From Myxococcales bacterium (GTDB taxonomy: Bacteria; Myxococcota_A; UBA9042): a stretch of 29,874 nucleotides of DNA. The first letter of the stretch is position 1, and each line of letters begins with the position of its first letter. The position numbers and the translations under genes were made by a program. Positions 1-8,515 of this stretch are shown piece after piece. The DNA lies in the NCBI GenBank assembly GCA_037441385.1, contig JBBISH010000084.1, positions 1 through 29,874 of the forward strand, given 5' to 3'. Below the pieces are notes generated by a model that saw nothing but the letters and a program-made list of their open reading frames with translations, ran no database searches and was not told where the DNA came from.

Positions 1-40
1 GGTCCGGCGATCTGTCAAAATTTTTGTACACACCCTCTCA

Positions 41-172
41 TACCAGTTCCGTCCGAATCGGATCGAAAACTCGGGCAATTCTTCGGGCCCGAACCGGGGT
101 CCCCGCCTGATTCTCGCCAGTTGCAGACCGGGTCAGAGAAGCCGTACAGGCGTGAATCAGACGGGGTTCGTA
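41..172 (+). repeat. Repeat family A copy 1 (~132 bp, MITE-like, TA termini, imperfect terminal inverted repeats)
   Basis: Aligns by eye with 9676-9806 (~19 differences over ~122 nt), 14499-14630 and 28042-28173(-). Left end ATACCAGTTCCGTCCGAATC vs reverse complement of right end ATACGAACCCCGTCTGATTC; internal palindrome TTCGGGCCCGAA. Confidence 0.85.
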
Positions 173-176
173 TCAG

Positions 177-446
177 TCAAATTGCCCCGCTCTTCGACTT
201 CTTCATCCCGCCAACATGGAGGTTCATCGTCCAAGTCTATGCGGACGGGCGATTCCCTTGCAGCGGCATGGCCCCTCGCGGTGTGGAACATGCGCCCGCA
301 GCGAGCCCTGGGCCGGCCCAGATGACCACGGCGCCCACCACCAAGCGCCATCTGGGCCAACCTTCAGGGAGTCGGGCTGGATTTCTGGTTCTGTTGCCGA
401 GCAGTCGGCCATTTGGATTTGCGTCCTCGCCCGTCGCGAACTTCAA
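177..446 (-). pseudogene. Decayed lipoprotein remnant with HMA (CopZ/MerP)-like N-terminal strand, ending at TGA (possible Sec codon)
   Basis: One frame reads ...WRLVVGAVVIWAGPGLAAGAC-STPRGAMPLQGNRPSA[TAG 237-239]TWTMNLHVGGMKKSKSGAI[TGA 177-179]. Lipobox-like AGAC; LHVGGM resembles HMA L-x-V-x-G-M. Abuts repeat A copy 1. Start unclear. Confidence 0.35.
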
Positions 447-464
447 TTCGGCCGAAACGGCATG

Positions 465-596
465 CTAGAACCAGCCCAGGCCCCAGTGGCCAAGCGCTCC
501 AGCGGCGCCAAGCAATCCCATGACGATCATCATCTTGTCGTGAATGCACAATCCGGGCTTGGCCCGGCAACCGTTCATCGGACACACCTTTGCCAT
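465..596 (-). CDS. 43-aa small membrane protein, Cys/His/Met-rich N-terminus plus one TM helix
   Basis: MAKVCPMNGCRAKPGLCIHDKMMIVMGLLGAAGALGHWGLGWF*; RBS GAGGT 5 nt upstream of the ATG; too short for the supplied ORF track. Confidence 0.7.
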   Translation of the reverse strand: MAKVCPMNGCRAKPGLCIHDKMMIVMGLLGAAGALGHWGLGWF

Positions 597-806
597 CGCT
601 CACCTCTGGCGACCATCGCGGCCGCTGTGGGTAGGTCTCTGAACTTGGACGAACGTTACGGGGGCCCGCAACAATTTTTGCGCGGCAAGACCGGCCGCAG
701 CGATTCCTGAACCCCCAACCGACCGTTGCGCCGCGGGAATCGCGCGCGCTCGGTCCCAACCACGAGATCCCTCGCGACCCCAGGCCTTGCTGTTCCTGGT
801 GCCGAC

Positions 807-1287
807 TTGTCCCCGTTGATCCGCCGTTGTGCCACAGCGGCCAGCGCGCTTGCGGTGGCGATGGTCGTCGCTGTTGTCGCAACCGGCATCGGCCAGGACG
901 CCCTGCAGTTCATGCACACCCCGGCGGAGTACACCGGCAGAATACACCGCGATCCTGCTGCTCAATCCGCCGGTCCTCAAGCGGGTCATCGGCCTGGACA
1001 ACGCCTTTATCCTGTTCTACTCGACCTTGTTCGTAGCCTGGTGTGCGCTGCTGTGGCGGCAGGGCAATTCGCGCGTGTCGGTGGCCGCTGGCGGAGCGCT
1101 CGTGACCGCGGCCGCCATGCTGGACCTTGTAGAGAACATGCACTTCTTGGCGCTGCTGGCCATGGCCCAGCAGGCAGTGCCGCTCGGGGCGGGGCAAATC
1201 TCGGGCCAGGTCTGGGAATCGTTGATCAAATTCCATGTCAGCTACCTTGGCCTGTTCTTGCTTGGGGTTGCGTTGCCCACAGAGACC
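807..1287 (+). pseudogene. Multi-pass membrane protein, frameshifted and apparently 3'-truncated
   Basis: Hydrophobic reading in frame 3 (..SALAVAMVVAVVATGIGQDALQFMHTPAEYT) continues in frame 1 (TPAEYTAILL..LDNAFILFY..LDLVENMHF..KFHVSYLGLFLLGVALP) across a 13-nt duplication at 921-946. Protein-like character is lost after ~1287; boundaries approximate. Confidence 0.65.
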
Positions 1288-1340
1288 GGGCCTCGGCGTG
1301 TGCCTGCGAGCGACGTGCGCCGACACGCGGCACCCAGTCT

Positions 1341-1446
1341 GTGCGGCAAAATTCGACAAGTGCGGAATATCTCCGCACGCCGCCATGGCTTCGCCAGCGT
1401 CCAGAGCGCGCCAAGTGGCGGTCGAGGAATCGAATTTCGCTGGCAC
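1341..1446. other. Structured palindromic element (outer stem plus two inner hairpins)
   Basis: Arms GTGCGGCAAAATTCGA (1341-1356) and TCGAATTTCGCTGGCAC (1430-1446). Inner hairpins GTGCGGA-ATATC-TCCGCAC (1360-1378) and CCGCCA..TGGCGG (1380-1421). Confidence 0.45.
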
Positions 1447-1463
1447 GAATCCGGGCTTGGCTG

Positions 1464-1479
1464 TGGCCCAATCCTTGCA
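1464..1479 (+). promoter_or_regulatory. Putative sigma54 -24/-12 promoter
   Basis: TGGCCCAATCCTTGCA: GG-N10-GC spacing with TTGCA at -12, ~45 nt upstream of ATG 1524. Confidence 0.55.
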
Positions 1480-1523
1480 AGCGACAAACAGGGCATGCTG
1501 CCCGACCGCTACGAGGCTACACG

Positions 1524-2465
1524 ATGGCTCACCTTGGACCAGTGGGATCCTGGCGCAAGCGGGTTGGCGTCCTCGCCATCCTGACCGCCGCTTGTGGCGC
1601 ACTCGTGGGGCGCACGCCTGCCGCGGGCGGGGATGCGGTCGTCGACGCGCTGGGAGCCCAGGACTCTGTGACGTCTGCGTCCATCCAGGATGCCGGTTGC
1701 GCGAATCTTCCCATCGCTGGCGCGTGCATGCCCGAGTGCGTCACCATGACCACTGATCAGTGTAAGGCCTCGTTTTGCTGTACGAACCTTGGGCAATGCA
1801 CCATGGCCAGCGGCGCCTGCGTGGCCGCCAGCCAGGCCGACTGCGCCGCCTCGCAGAACTGCGCCCGTTGGGGCCACTGCCACCCCGCAGACGGACGATG
1901 CGCGGCCGCAACCGACACGGACTGCGCCAGCGCGGCCGTGTGCCCAAGCCAGGGGCTGTGCCATGCGCAAAGCGGCAAGTGCGTGGCCACCGCCGCCGGC
2001 TGCGCCGCCTCGACGAATTGCCAGGACTCTGGCCGCTGCAGCCAAGTTGGCGACGCGTGTGGTGCCGCCAGCACGGCCGACTGCGCCAAGAGCCAAGTGT
2101 GCGTCCAACATGGCCAATGCACGCTGGCCAACGGGAACTGTGCCGCCGTCACCTCTGCGGATTGCGCCGGTGCCAAGGACTGCAGCGTGGATGGCCTGTG
2201 CCACACAGACGGTGGTTCGGGGCAATGCTTTGCCGCGACCAACGCGGACTGTCAGACCTCGACGTCGTGTTTAACCATTGGACATTGTTCGTATTTCAAT
2301 CCGGATGGCTACCCGTCGGGCGGGCGTTGCGGGGCTCTGACCGACGCCGATTGCACGGGCTCTCTGGCGTGCAAGAACGAAGGCGCCTGCTCGGCCACTG
2401 AGAAGTACCACACCTGCGCAAAATCGCCGTATGGCGGCGGAGATGTCTGGTCGGCGGCGGACTGA
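1524..2465 (+). CDS. Exported Cys-rich repeat (lipo)protein, ~8 x 27-aa C-x5-C-x5-C-x6-C-x7 repeats
   Basis: ATG 1524 with GAGG RBS; basic n-region and hydrophobic h-region ending LTAAC; repeats from 1761 (e.g. CAASQNCARWGHCHPADGRCAAATDTD). Confidence 0.8.
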   Translation: MAHLGPVGSWRKRVGVLAILTAACGALVGRTPAAGGDAVVDALGAQDSVTSASIQDAGCANLPIAGACMPECVTMTTDQCKASFCCTNLGQCTMASGACVAASQADCAASQNCARWGHCHPADGRCAAATDTDCASAAVCPSQGLCHAQSGKCVATAAGCAASTNCQDSGRCSQVGDACGAASTADCAKSQVCVQHGQCTLANGNCAAVTSADCAGAKDCSVDGLCHTDGGSGQCFAATNADCQTSTSCLTIGHCSYFNPDGYPSGGRCGALTDADCTGSLACKNEGACSATEKYHTCAKSPYGGGDVWSAAD

Positions 2466-2566
2466 AGTCCGACACAGGCTGCAGACTGGACCAGTTATAC
2501 GGAATCCGTCCAGCAATGAGTTCTGCCGATCGCGTATCGAGCCCGCAGCGGGGCGCAGGCCAGCGC

Positions 2567-5500
2567 CTATTGCGCCCAAGTCAGCGTGGCGGGGCCAGCG
2601 AACACGCGCTTGGAGACCGCGGACCAGCCCTTTGGCGTCGTGGGGCAAATGGCTGCCGCCAGCTCGGAGCTGCCGTCGTACATGACGAGGGTCGCGGTGC
2701 CCTTGGCCAGGGGTTCGGTGCCGAGCGCGACCGTCTTGCCCCGGTTTCCGTATTGGTCCACCGTGAAAGTCCAGGTGGACCCGCCCTGCACCAGCTTGTA
2801 CGTCACGACTTTGAGGTAGTTCGCAGCGTTCCCTGTGTAGCTGCCGTTGCACTCGCCCGCCGTGTCCGGGACTTGGATCGCGATACTCCAGAAGCCGGCC
2901 GACGGGACATTGAAGGTCCATTGCGCGGACTCGGCCGGATAGCCCGAGGTTTGGGGTGTGCAGCCGGTGGCGATGGCCCAACGGCACAGGATGGGGTTGC
3001 CTGGGCAGATGCCCCATTGGTGGTCTGGGTAGCCCGCGTAGCTGCACTGCAGGCCCGCAGCTGGCTGCACGCCACAGTTGGACGCTTGGCATAGGCTGAG
3101 CTGGCCGTCCAAGCTGCCCTTGCAGTCTGCGGGGCAGGACGTTGGCGTTTCACTGGGGTCGCAGGTGCTGTTGCCACACAGTTGCTGACACACGCTGCTC
3201 TTGCAGACCTTGCCACCGCCACACGCCGTCCCGTCTGTGGCCGGCTTGCCGCTGCAGCTGCCGCCGCCCCCGCACTGGTCGGCGACCGTGCACGGGTTCT
3301 TGTCGTCGCACGCCGCGCTGGTGGGCGTGAACTTGCAGCTGCCGAATTCGCATGTGTCGTTGGTGCAGGGGTTGAAGTCGTTGCACGCCGAAGTGCCCGC
3401 ACAGGTGCCGCTGGTGCAGTGATCGGACTGCGTGCAGGCGCTGCCGTCGTCGCACGCCGAGCCGTTGGGCTTGGTCTGGGCCACACACTGTCCGCCTTGG
3501 CACACTCCGGTCTGGCAGGCGCCGCTCAGGCCGCTGCAGTCCTTGTTCTGCCCGGCGGTGCACTGGCCCGCCGCGCATTGGTCGCCCACGGTGCAGGGGT
3601 TGCCGTCGTCGCAAGGGCCCGTCTGCAGCGGGTCGTGCTGGCAGCCGCTTGGCGTGCACGTGTCGGCCGTGCAGGGCAGACCGTCGTTGCAGTCCACCGG
3701 TCCGGCCTGGCAGGTGCCGCCGCTGCAGGTGTCGCCCACGGTGCACACCTTGCCGTCGTCGCAGGCGGTGCCACTGGCGGCGTTGGTCTTGGTGCAATTG
3801 CCTTGGCTGCACTTCTCTAGATCGCATGGGTTGTTGTCTGCCGGGCAAGCGGGCGAGCCGACGCAACCGCCGGCCGTGCAGTGGAGATCGGAAGAGCAGG
3901 CGTCGCCGTCTGTGCACGGACCGGTCGTCGCCGCGTGCAAGCACTTGCCGCCGCTGCACGAATCGACGGTGCAGGCGTCGTTGTCGTCGCAAGACGCCGC
4001 GGGTCCCGGCGTGCAGATCCCATTTGCGCACGCGTCGGGGCCGGTGCACGTATCGCCGTCGTTGCAGGGGACGCCACTGAGCTTCTTGGCCGTGCACGCA
4101 CCCAGCACGCAGCCTTCGGCCGTGCAGGGGTTGCCGTCCTGATCCAGGCACGTCATCGGCTTGCCGGGGGCGCACGTGCCGGCGTCGCACGCGTCGGCCA
4201 AGGTACAGGCGTCGCCATCCGAGCATGCCGTGCCGTTGGCTGAGTTCAGGTGCGTGCACCCGCTTTGCGGCAGGCAGGCATCGTCGGTGCACGGCTTGCC
4301 GTCGTCGCAGTTGGCGGCGCCGCCGGGCTGGCACGCGCCCTTGACGCACGCGTCGCCCACGGTGCAGGCGTCGCCGTCTTCGCACGTGCCGCCGACCGCT
4401 TGGTGCTGGCAGTTGCCGTTCGCGCAGGTATCGGCCGTGCATGGGCTGCTGTCGCTGCAGTCCTTGCCCGGACCGGCCTTGCACACGCTACCTACGCAGG
4501 CATCGCCGACGGTGCAGCCGTTGCCGTCGTCGCAGACCGTGCCGCCTGGCGCCGCCAAGTGGAGGCAGCCCGTCTTGCTGTCGCACGATTCCACGGTGCA
4601 CGGGTTGCCGTCGTCGGCGCACGACACCGCCGAGCCCGCCAGGCACTTGCCGGCGTCGCAGTGGTCGCCCGCCGTGCAGGCGTTGCCATCGCTGCAGGCG
4701 ACGTTGGCGATCGGAACGGACTGGCACTTGCCGGCGCTGCACGCCTCCAGGGTGCACGGGTTGCTGTCCTGCGCGCACGCGATCTGGCTGCCGACGCACA
4801 GCAGGTTGGCGCACGTGTCGCTGCTGGTACAGGCGTTGCCGTCGTCGCAAGCGGCACCGTCGTACGGCTTCCAGCTGCAGGTGCCGTCGCTGCAGCTGTC
4901 CATCGTGCAGGGGTTGCCGTCGCCACAGGACTTGGGCGTGCCGGCCATGCAGGTGCCGGCTTTGCACGTGTCGCTGAGGGTGCACGAATTGCCGTCGCTG
5001 CAGGGCGAGCCGCTCAGCGCAACGTGCTTGCAGGCGCCCGCGTTGGCCGTGTCGCAGGTGTCGAGGGTGCACACATCGCCGTCGTCGCACGATTTGCCGG
5101 TGAGGGGCTTGCATTGGCCCTTGTCGCAGTGGTCGCCGCTGGTGCACACGTTGCCGTCGTCGCACGAGGTCTTGTCGAGATCGATGGCCTTGCAGCTGCC
5201 CGTCGTGGGGCTGCAACTTGCGGTCGTGCACGGGTTGCCGTCGTCGCCGCACACTACCAGCGCCCCAGGTTGGCAGGCGCCGCTCGCCCCGCAGGTGTCG
5301 CCCGACGTGCACGAGTTGCCGTCCTCGCAGGGTTGGCCCTGTTTGGCCAAGGACTTGCACCCTTGCGGTCCGCACCAGTCCTCCGTACAGGGGTTGCTGT
5401 CGTCGCAGACCTTGGCCGTACCTTGGCACGCGCCTTGGATGCACGTGTCTTGGATGGTGCAGGCCGAGCCGTCGTCGCATCCCGCGCCCGAGGCCGGCGC

Positions 5501-8500
5501 GCTCACGCACCCTTGCTTGCCGCAGTAATCGGTCGTGCAAGGGTTGTTGTCTTCGCAGTTGACCGCGCTCGACGGTTTGCAGGCGCCGCCCTGGCAAAGG
5601 TCGCCAAGGCTGCACGGATCCCCGTCGTCGCACGGCCCGGCCGCGGGCGAAGTGGTGCACACGCCGCCCACGCACGCCTCTTTGGTGCACACGTTGGCGT
5701 CGTCGCAGTTCTTCTGCGTGCCCAAGCATTGGCCCGCCACGCAGGTGTCGGCGGTCGTGCACGGGTTGTTGTCGTTGCACGCTCCGGGAACGGCCAAGAA
5801 CGTGCACTTGCCGCTGGCCGGTGCGCAGGCGTCGGCCGTACAGACGTTGCTGTCGTCGCAGACGATCGGCTTGCCGCCGCACTGGCCGCCAGTGCACTGA
5901 TCCGCCGCCGTGCACGCATTGCCGTCTTCGCACGGCCCGCCGTCCAAGGGCAGGAACTTGCAGGCGCCGCCTACACATTGGTCGATGGTGCAGGGCACAC
6001 CGTCGTCGCACTTCGCGGCGGCGGTAGGCACGCACGCCGTGCCGACGCACCAATCGCCCTGGGTGCAGGCGTCGCCGTCGTCGCACGGGCCGGTCGCGGC
6101 GATCGCGCTGCACGCGCCGTCCAGGCAAGCGTCGTAGGTGCAGGGGTTGCCGTCGTCGCAGGCGGTGGCCGCGCCGGGCAGGCACCCGCCGTTTTGGCAG
6201 TGATCGCCCCAGGTGCAATTGTCGCCGTCGTCGCAGGGCGCCTGGGTGTTGCTGTGGGTGCAGCCTTCCGCGCCGCACGCGTCGGCCGTGCATGGTTTGC
6301 CGTCGTCGCAGCCGGCGCTGCCGCCCCCGCACAGCCCGTCCGCGCAGTGGTCACCGGTCGTGCAGGGGTTGCCGTCGTTGCAGGGCGCCACTTGGTTGGC
6401 GTGCTGGCAGGCCCCGCTCTCGCACCAATCCGCCGTGCAGGGCAGTCCGTCCTCGCAGGCCAGCGGTAGGCCCGCCGCACATAGGCCGCCCTGGCACTTG
6501 TCAAAGGTGGTGCACGCGTCGCTGTCCAAGCAGGGCGCCCCGTCCGCCGCGTTCATCGGTACGCACTGGCCGTCCTGGCAGACCTGTTTCGCACACGCGC
6601 CACCCCCGGGGCACACCATAGCGATGCCCAGGCACGAACCATCGGCTTGGCAGACGTCGTCGTGCGTGCAGGCGATCCCGTCGTTGCAGACTCCCTCGTG
6701 CGGCGTGTGCAGGCAGCCCGTCGCCGGGTCGCAGAGGTCCGTGGTGCACGGCAAGCCGTCGTCGCAGGCACCCGCGCTGCTGCCGAAACAGCCCTTCGTC
6801 GTGCAAGTGTCGAACTGGGTGCAGGGATTGGCGTCGTCGCACGGCGCGCCCGCGACGACCTTGTGTGCGCATTGGCCGGCCTCGCACATGTCGGCCGTGC
6901 ACGGGTCCCAGTCGTCGCACGATGCGGGGCAGTCCGGAACGACCGCTGCCCCATCGGCCGCCGCCTCGACCTGAGCGACGTCGTCGCCGTCTGGGCCCGC
7001 CTGCGCGTCGGGCTGCAGGACCCATGCGTCCTGGGCCGGTGGCGGCAACCCCGCCTGACAGCTGTCTGCCGTGCCCTGCGGGTGGTGCTCGCAGGTGCAG
7101 TTCTCGACGAGCGTGACCTTTCCGTTGGTGCAGTTGCACAGACCCTGCGCCGCAAACTTCAAGGTGTCGCAGCAATACAGGCCGTTCTGACCGGCCGGGC
7201 AGGCGTTGGCCGGTGCGATCGCGTCCGGCGCGCCCGCGGTGTCGGTCGCATCCGGCTGACTGTCGCTCGCGTTCTCGTTGCAGACGTACTTTCTGCAGGC
7301 CGCCTCGGCCGCGGCCGGGCCGCCAGCCGCGCTCAGGCCTTTTTCGCAGCCGAACTCCAGGCCGCGCTTGCACGCGAGCTTGCCCAGCGGGGTTTTGGCC
7401 GCCATGCCGCAGATCGCGTCCCCGATTTTGGACGAAGCCGAATTGCCGCATACCGCCTTGCCTTCCAGCAAATCGACTGCGGTCTCGCAGGCCGTGCCCG
7501 CGGCGTCGCACAGCGAGGAAACCGGGCAGGTACAGCCGGGCGCGGCGCACTTGACCAGCACCGGGCAGCCAACGGCCAGCACGTCGTCAAAGATGTCCGG
7601 CGTGACCGTGTGGCACATCGACGGCATGATGGTGGTCTCGATCAGCGTGTGCACGCACACCGCGTCGTCCAAGACAAAACCGAACTCGTCGTCCAAGAAC
7701 GAGAGCCCGCAGGCAAGCACCGACGTTACGGACTTCACCGTTCGCCAGCCGCACCAGAAGTCGTAGCCCAAGCCCAGCATGAAGCCGCAGGCGTCGGCCC
7801 CGGCATCGCACAGGTCGATCGAGAGCGGCGCGGCGAGCAGGCCCTTCAAGTCCTGGTACCGAGCGGCGAATGCGGCGGCCGAGAGGACTTGCACCTGGCC
7901 GCCGGTGATCACAAAGAATCGGCTGATGACGCCGCCAGGGCCGCCCGTGACCAACTCGCCCCACTGCAAGCATTTGCCGCCCGTCTGCAGCGCGTAGACG
8001 CCCGCGTGCAGGGGCAGCGGCAACTGGGCGCCGTCCGACACCGTTGCCGGCACGAACCAGAACTGACCGGACTGCTTGAAGTGGTTTGGCAACTTGCGCT
8101 GCACGACGGTCTTCGGGTCGACCGTCACCGCCACGCCGGCCTGCAGCGACGCGGCTTGGGCCACGCTGGCGGCCAAGAGCTTCAGGTCCCACTGGCAGTC
8201 GACCGGCAGGTTATCGCTCGGCAGCCCACCGTTGTCCGAAATTCCGCCCACGTCGGCCACTCCCACCAGCCCGGTGTCGTCCCCGCCGTTGCAGGCGACG
8301 AGCAGACCAACGGCGGCGATCGAACCGAGCACCCTGACCTTGGCGGGGCGGAGTCGCATCGATTCCGTGCCGCGGTGCGCACCCGCAGCGAACGCGAGGG
8401 CGCCCAACTCGGCAGCGAACTGGAGGATACCGCGCAGCCAACGCCCCGTGCGGGTCAGGATGGGCCGCACGCGGCGCTGGAACGATGCCCACAACCACAG

Positions 8501-8515
8501 AATTTGGTTACACAT
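2567..8515 (-). CDS. Giant Cys-rich surface lipoprotein: helical Cys-rich N-domain, long CDDGNxCTxDxC (Dictyostelium-type/myxobacterial) repeat stalk, C-terminal golvesin/xanthan-lyase-CBM-like domain
   Basis: 1982-aa ORF; GGAGG RBS at ATG 8515; alternative start ATG 8359 directly before the signal peptide MRLRPAKVRVLGSIAAVGLLVAC. Dozens of CDDG repeats; C-terminal AQWTFNVPSAGFW..TYKL..TVDQ..G..VALGT pattern. Confidence 0.85.
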   Translation of the reverse strand: MCNQILWLWASFQRRVRPILTRTGRWLRGILQFAAELGALAFAAGAHRGTESMRLRPAKVRVLGSIAAVGLLVACNGGDDTGLVGVADVGGISDNGGLPSDNLPVDCQWDLKLLAASVAQAASLQAGVAVTVDPKTVVQRKLPNHFKQSGQFWFVPATVSDGAQLPLPLHAGVYALQTGGKCLQWGELVTGGPGGVISRFFVITGGQVQVLSAAAFAARYQDLKGLLAAPLSIDLCDAGADACGFMLGLGYDFWCGWRTVKSVTSVLACGLSFLDDEFGFVLDDAVCVHTLIETTIMPSMCHTVTPDIFDDVLAVGCPVLVKCAAPGCTCPVSSLCDAAGTACETAVDLLEGKAVCGNSASSKIGDAICGMAAKTPLGKLACKRGLEFGCEKGLSAAGGPAAAEAACRKYVCNENASDSQPDATDTAGAPDAIAPANACPAGQNGLYCCDTLKFAAQGLCNCTNGKVTLVENCTCEHHPQGTADSCQAGLPPPAQDAWVLQPDAQAGPDGDDVAQVEAAADGAAVVPDCPASCDDWDPCTADMCEAGQCAHKVVAGAPCDDANPCTQFDTCTTKGCFGSSAGACDDGLPCTTDLCDPATGCLHTPHEGVCNDGIACTHDDVCQADGSCLGIAMVCPGGGACAKQVCQDGQCVPMNAADGAPCLDSDACTTFDKCQGGLCAAGLPLACEDGLPCTADWCESGACQHANQVAPCNDGNPCTTGDHCADGLCGGGSAGCDDGKPCTADACGAEGCTHSNTQAPCDDGDNCTWGDHCQNGGCLPGAATACDDGNPCTYDACLDGACSAIAATGPCDDGDACTQGDWCVGTACVPTAAAKCDDGVPCTIDQCVGGACKFLPLDGGPCEDGNACTAADQCTGGQCGGKPIVCDDSNVCTADACAPASGKCTFLAVPGACNDNNPCTTADTCVAGQCLGTQKNCDDANVCTKEACVGGVCTTSPAAGPCDDGDPCSLGDLCQGGACKPSSAVNCEDNNPCTTDYCGKQGCVSAPASGAGCDDGSACTIQDTCIQGACQGTAKVCDDSNPCTEDWCGPQGCKSLAKQGQPCEDGNSCTSGDTCGASGACQPGALVVCGDDGNPCTTASCSPTTGSCKAIDLDKTSCDDGNVCTSGDHCDKGQCKPLTGKSCDDGDVCTLDTCDTANAGACKHVALSGSPCSDGNSCTLSDTCKAGTCMAGTPKSCGDGNPCTMDSCSDGTCSWKPYDGAACDDGNACTSSDTCANLLCVGSQIACAQDSNPCTLEACSAGKCQSVPIANVACSDGNACTAGDHCDAGKCLAGSAVSCADDGNPCTVESCDSKTGCLHLAAPGGTVCDDGNGCTVGDACVGSVCKAGPGKDCSDSSPCTADTCANGNCQHQAVGGTCEDGDACTVGDACVKGACQPGGAANCDDGKPCTDDACLPQSGCTHLNSANGTACSDGDACTLADACDAGTCAPGKPMTCLDQDGNPCTAEGCVLGACTAKKLSGVPCNDGDTCTGPDACANGICTPGPAASCDDNDACTVDSCSGGKCLHAATTGPCTDGDACSSDLHCTAGGCVGSPACPADNNPCDLEKCSQGNCTKTNAASGTACDDGKVCTVGDTCSGGTCQAGPVDCNDGLPCTADTCTPSGCQHDPLQTGPCDDGNPCTVGDQCAAGQCTAGQNKDCSGLSGACQTGVCQGGQCVAQTKPNGSACDDGSACTQSDHCTSGTCAGTSACNDFNPCTNDTCEFGSCKFTPTSAACDDKNPCTVADQCGGGGSCSGKPATDGTACGGGKVCKSSVCQQLCGNSTCDPSETPTSCPADCKGSLDGQLSLCQASNCGVQPAAGLQCSYAGYPDHQWGICPGNPILCRWAIATGCTPQTSGYPAESAQWTFNVPSAGFWSIAIQVPDTAGECNGSYTGNAANYLKVVTYKLVQGGSTWTFTVDQYGNRGKTVALGTEPLAKGTATLVMYDGSSELAAAICPTTPKGWSAVSKRVFAGPATLTWAQ

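Noticed and set aside
177..596. Amber readthrough fusing the 43-aa peptide and the HMA-like remnant (same frame, two TAGs)
   Set aside because: TAG is used as a normal stop elsewhere in the window (rtcB, rtcR, GMC); a shared frame has a 1-in-3 chance.
1441..1457. TGGCACG as a sigma54 -24 box
   Set aside because: No GC at the required GG-N10 spacing; the site at 1464-1479 fits instead.
726..2465. Single 579-aa ORF in the track
   Set aside because: It fuses the 5' half of a frameshifted membrane pseudogene, non-coding-like sequence and the real Cys-repeat gene starting at 1524.
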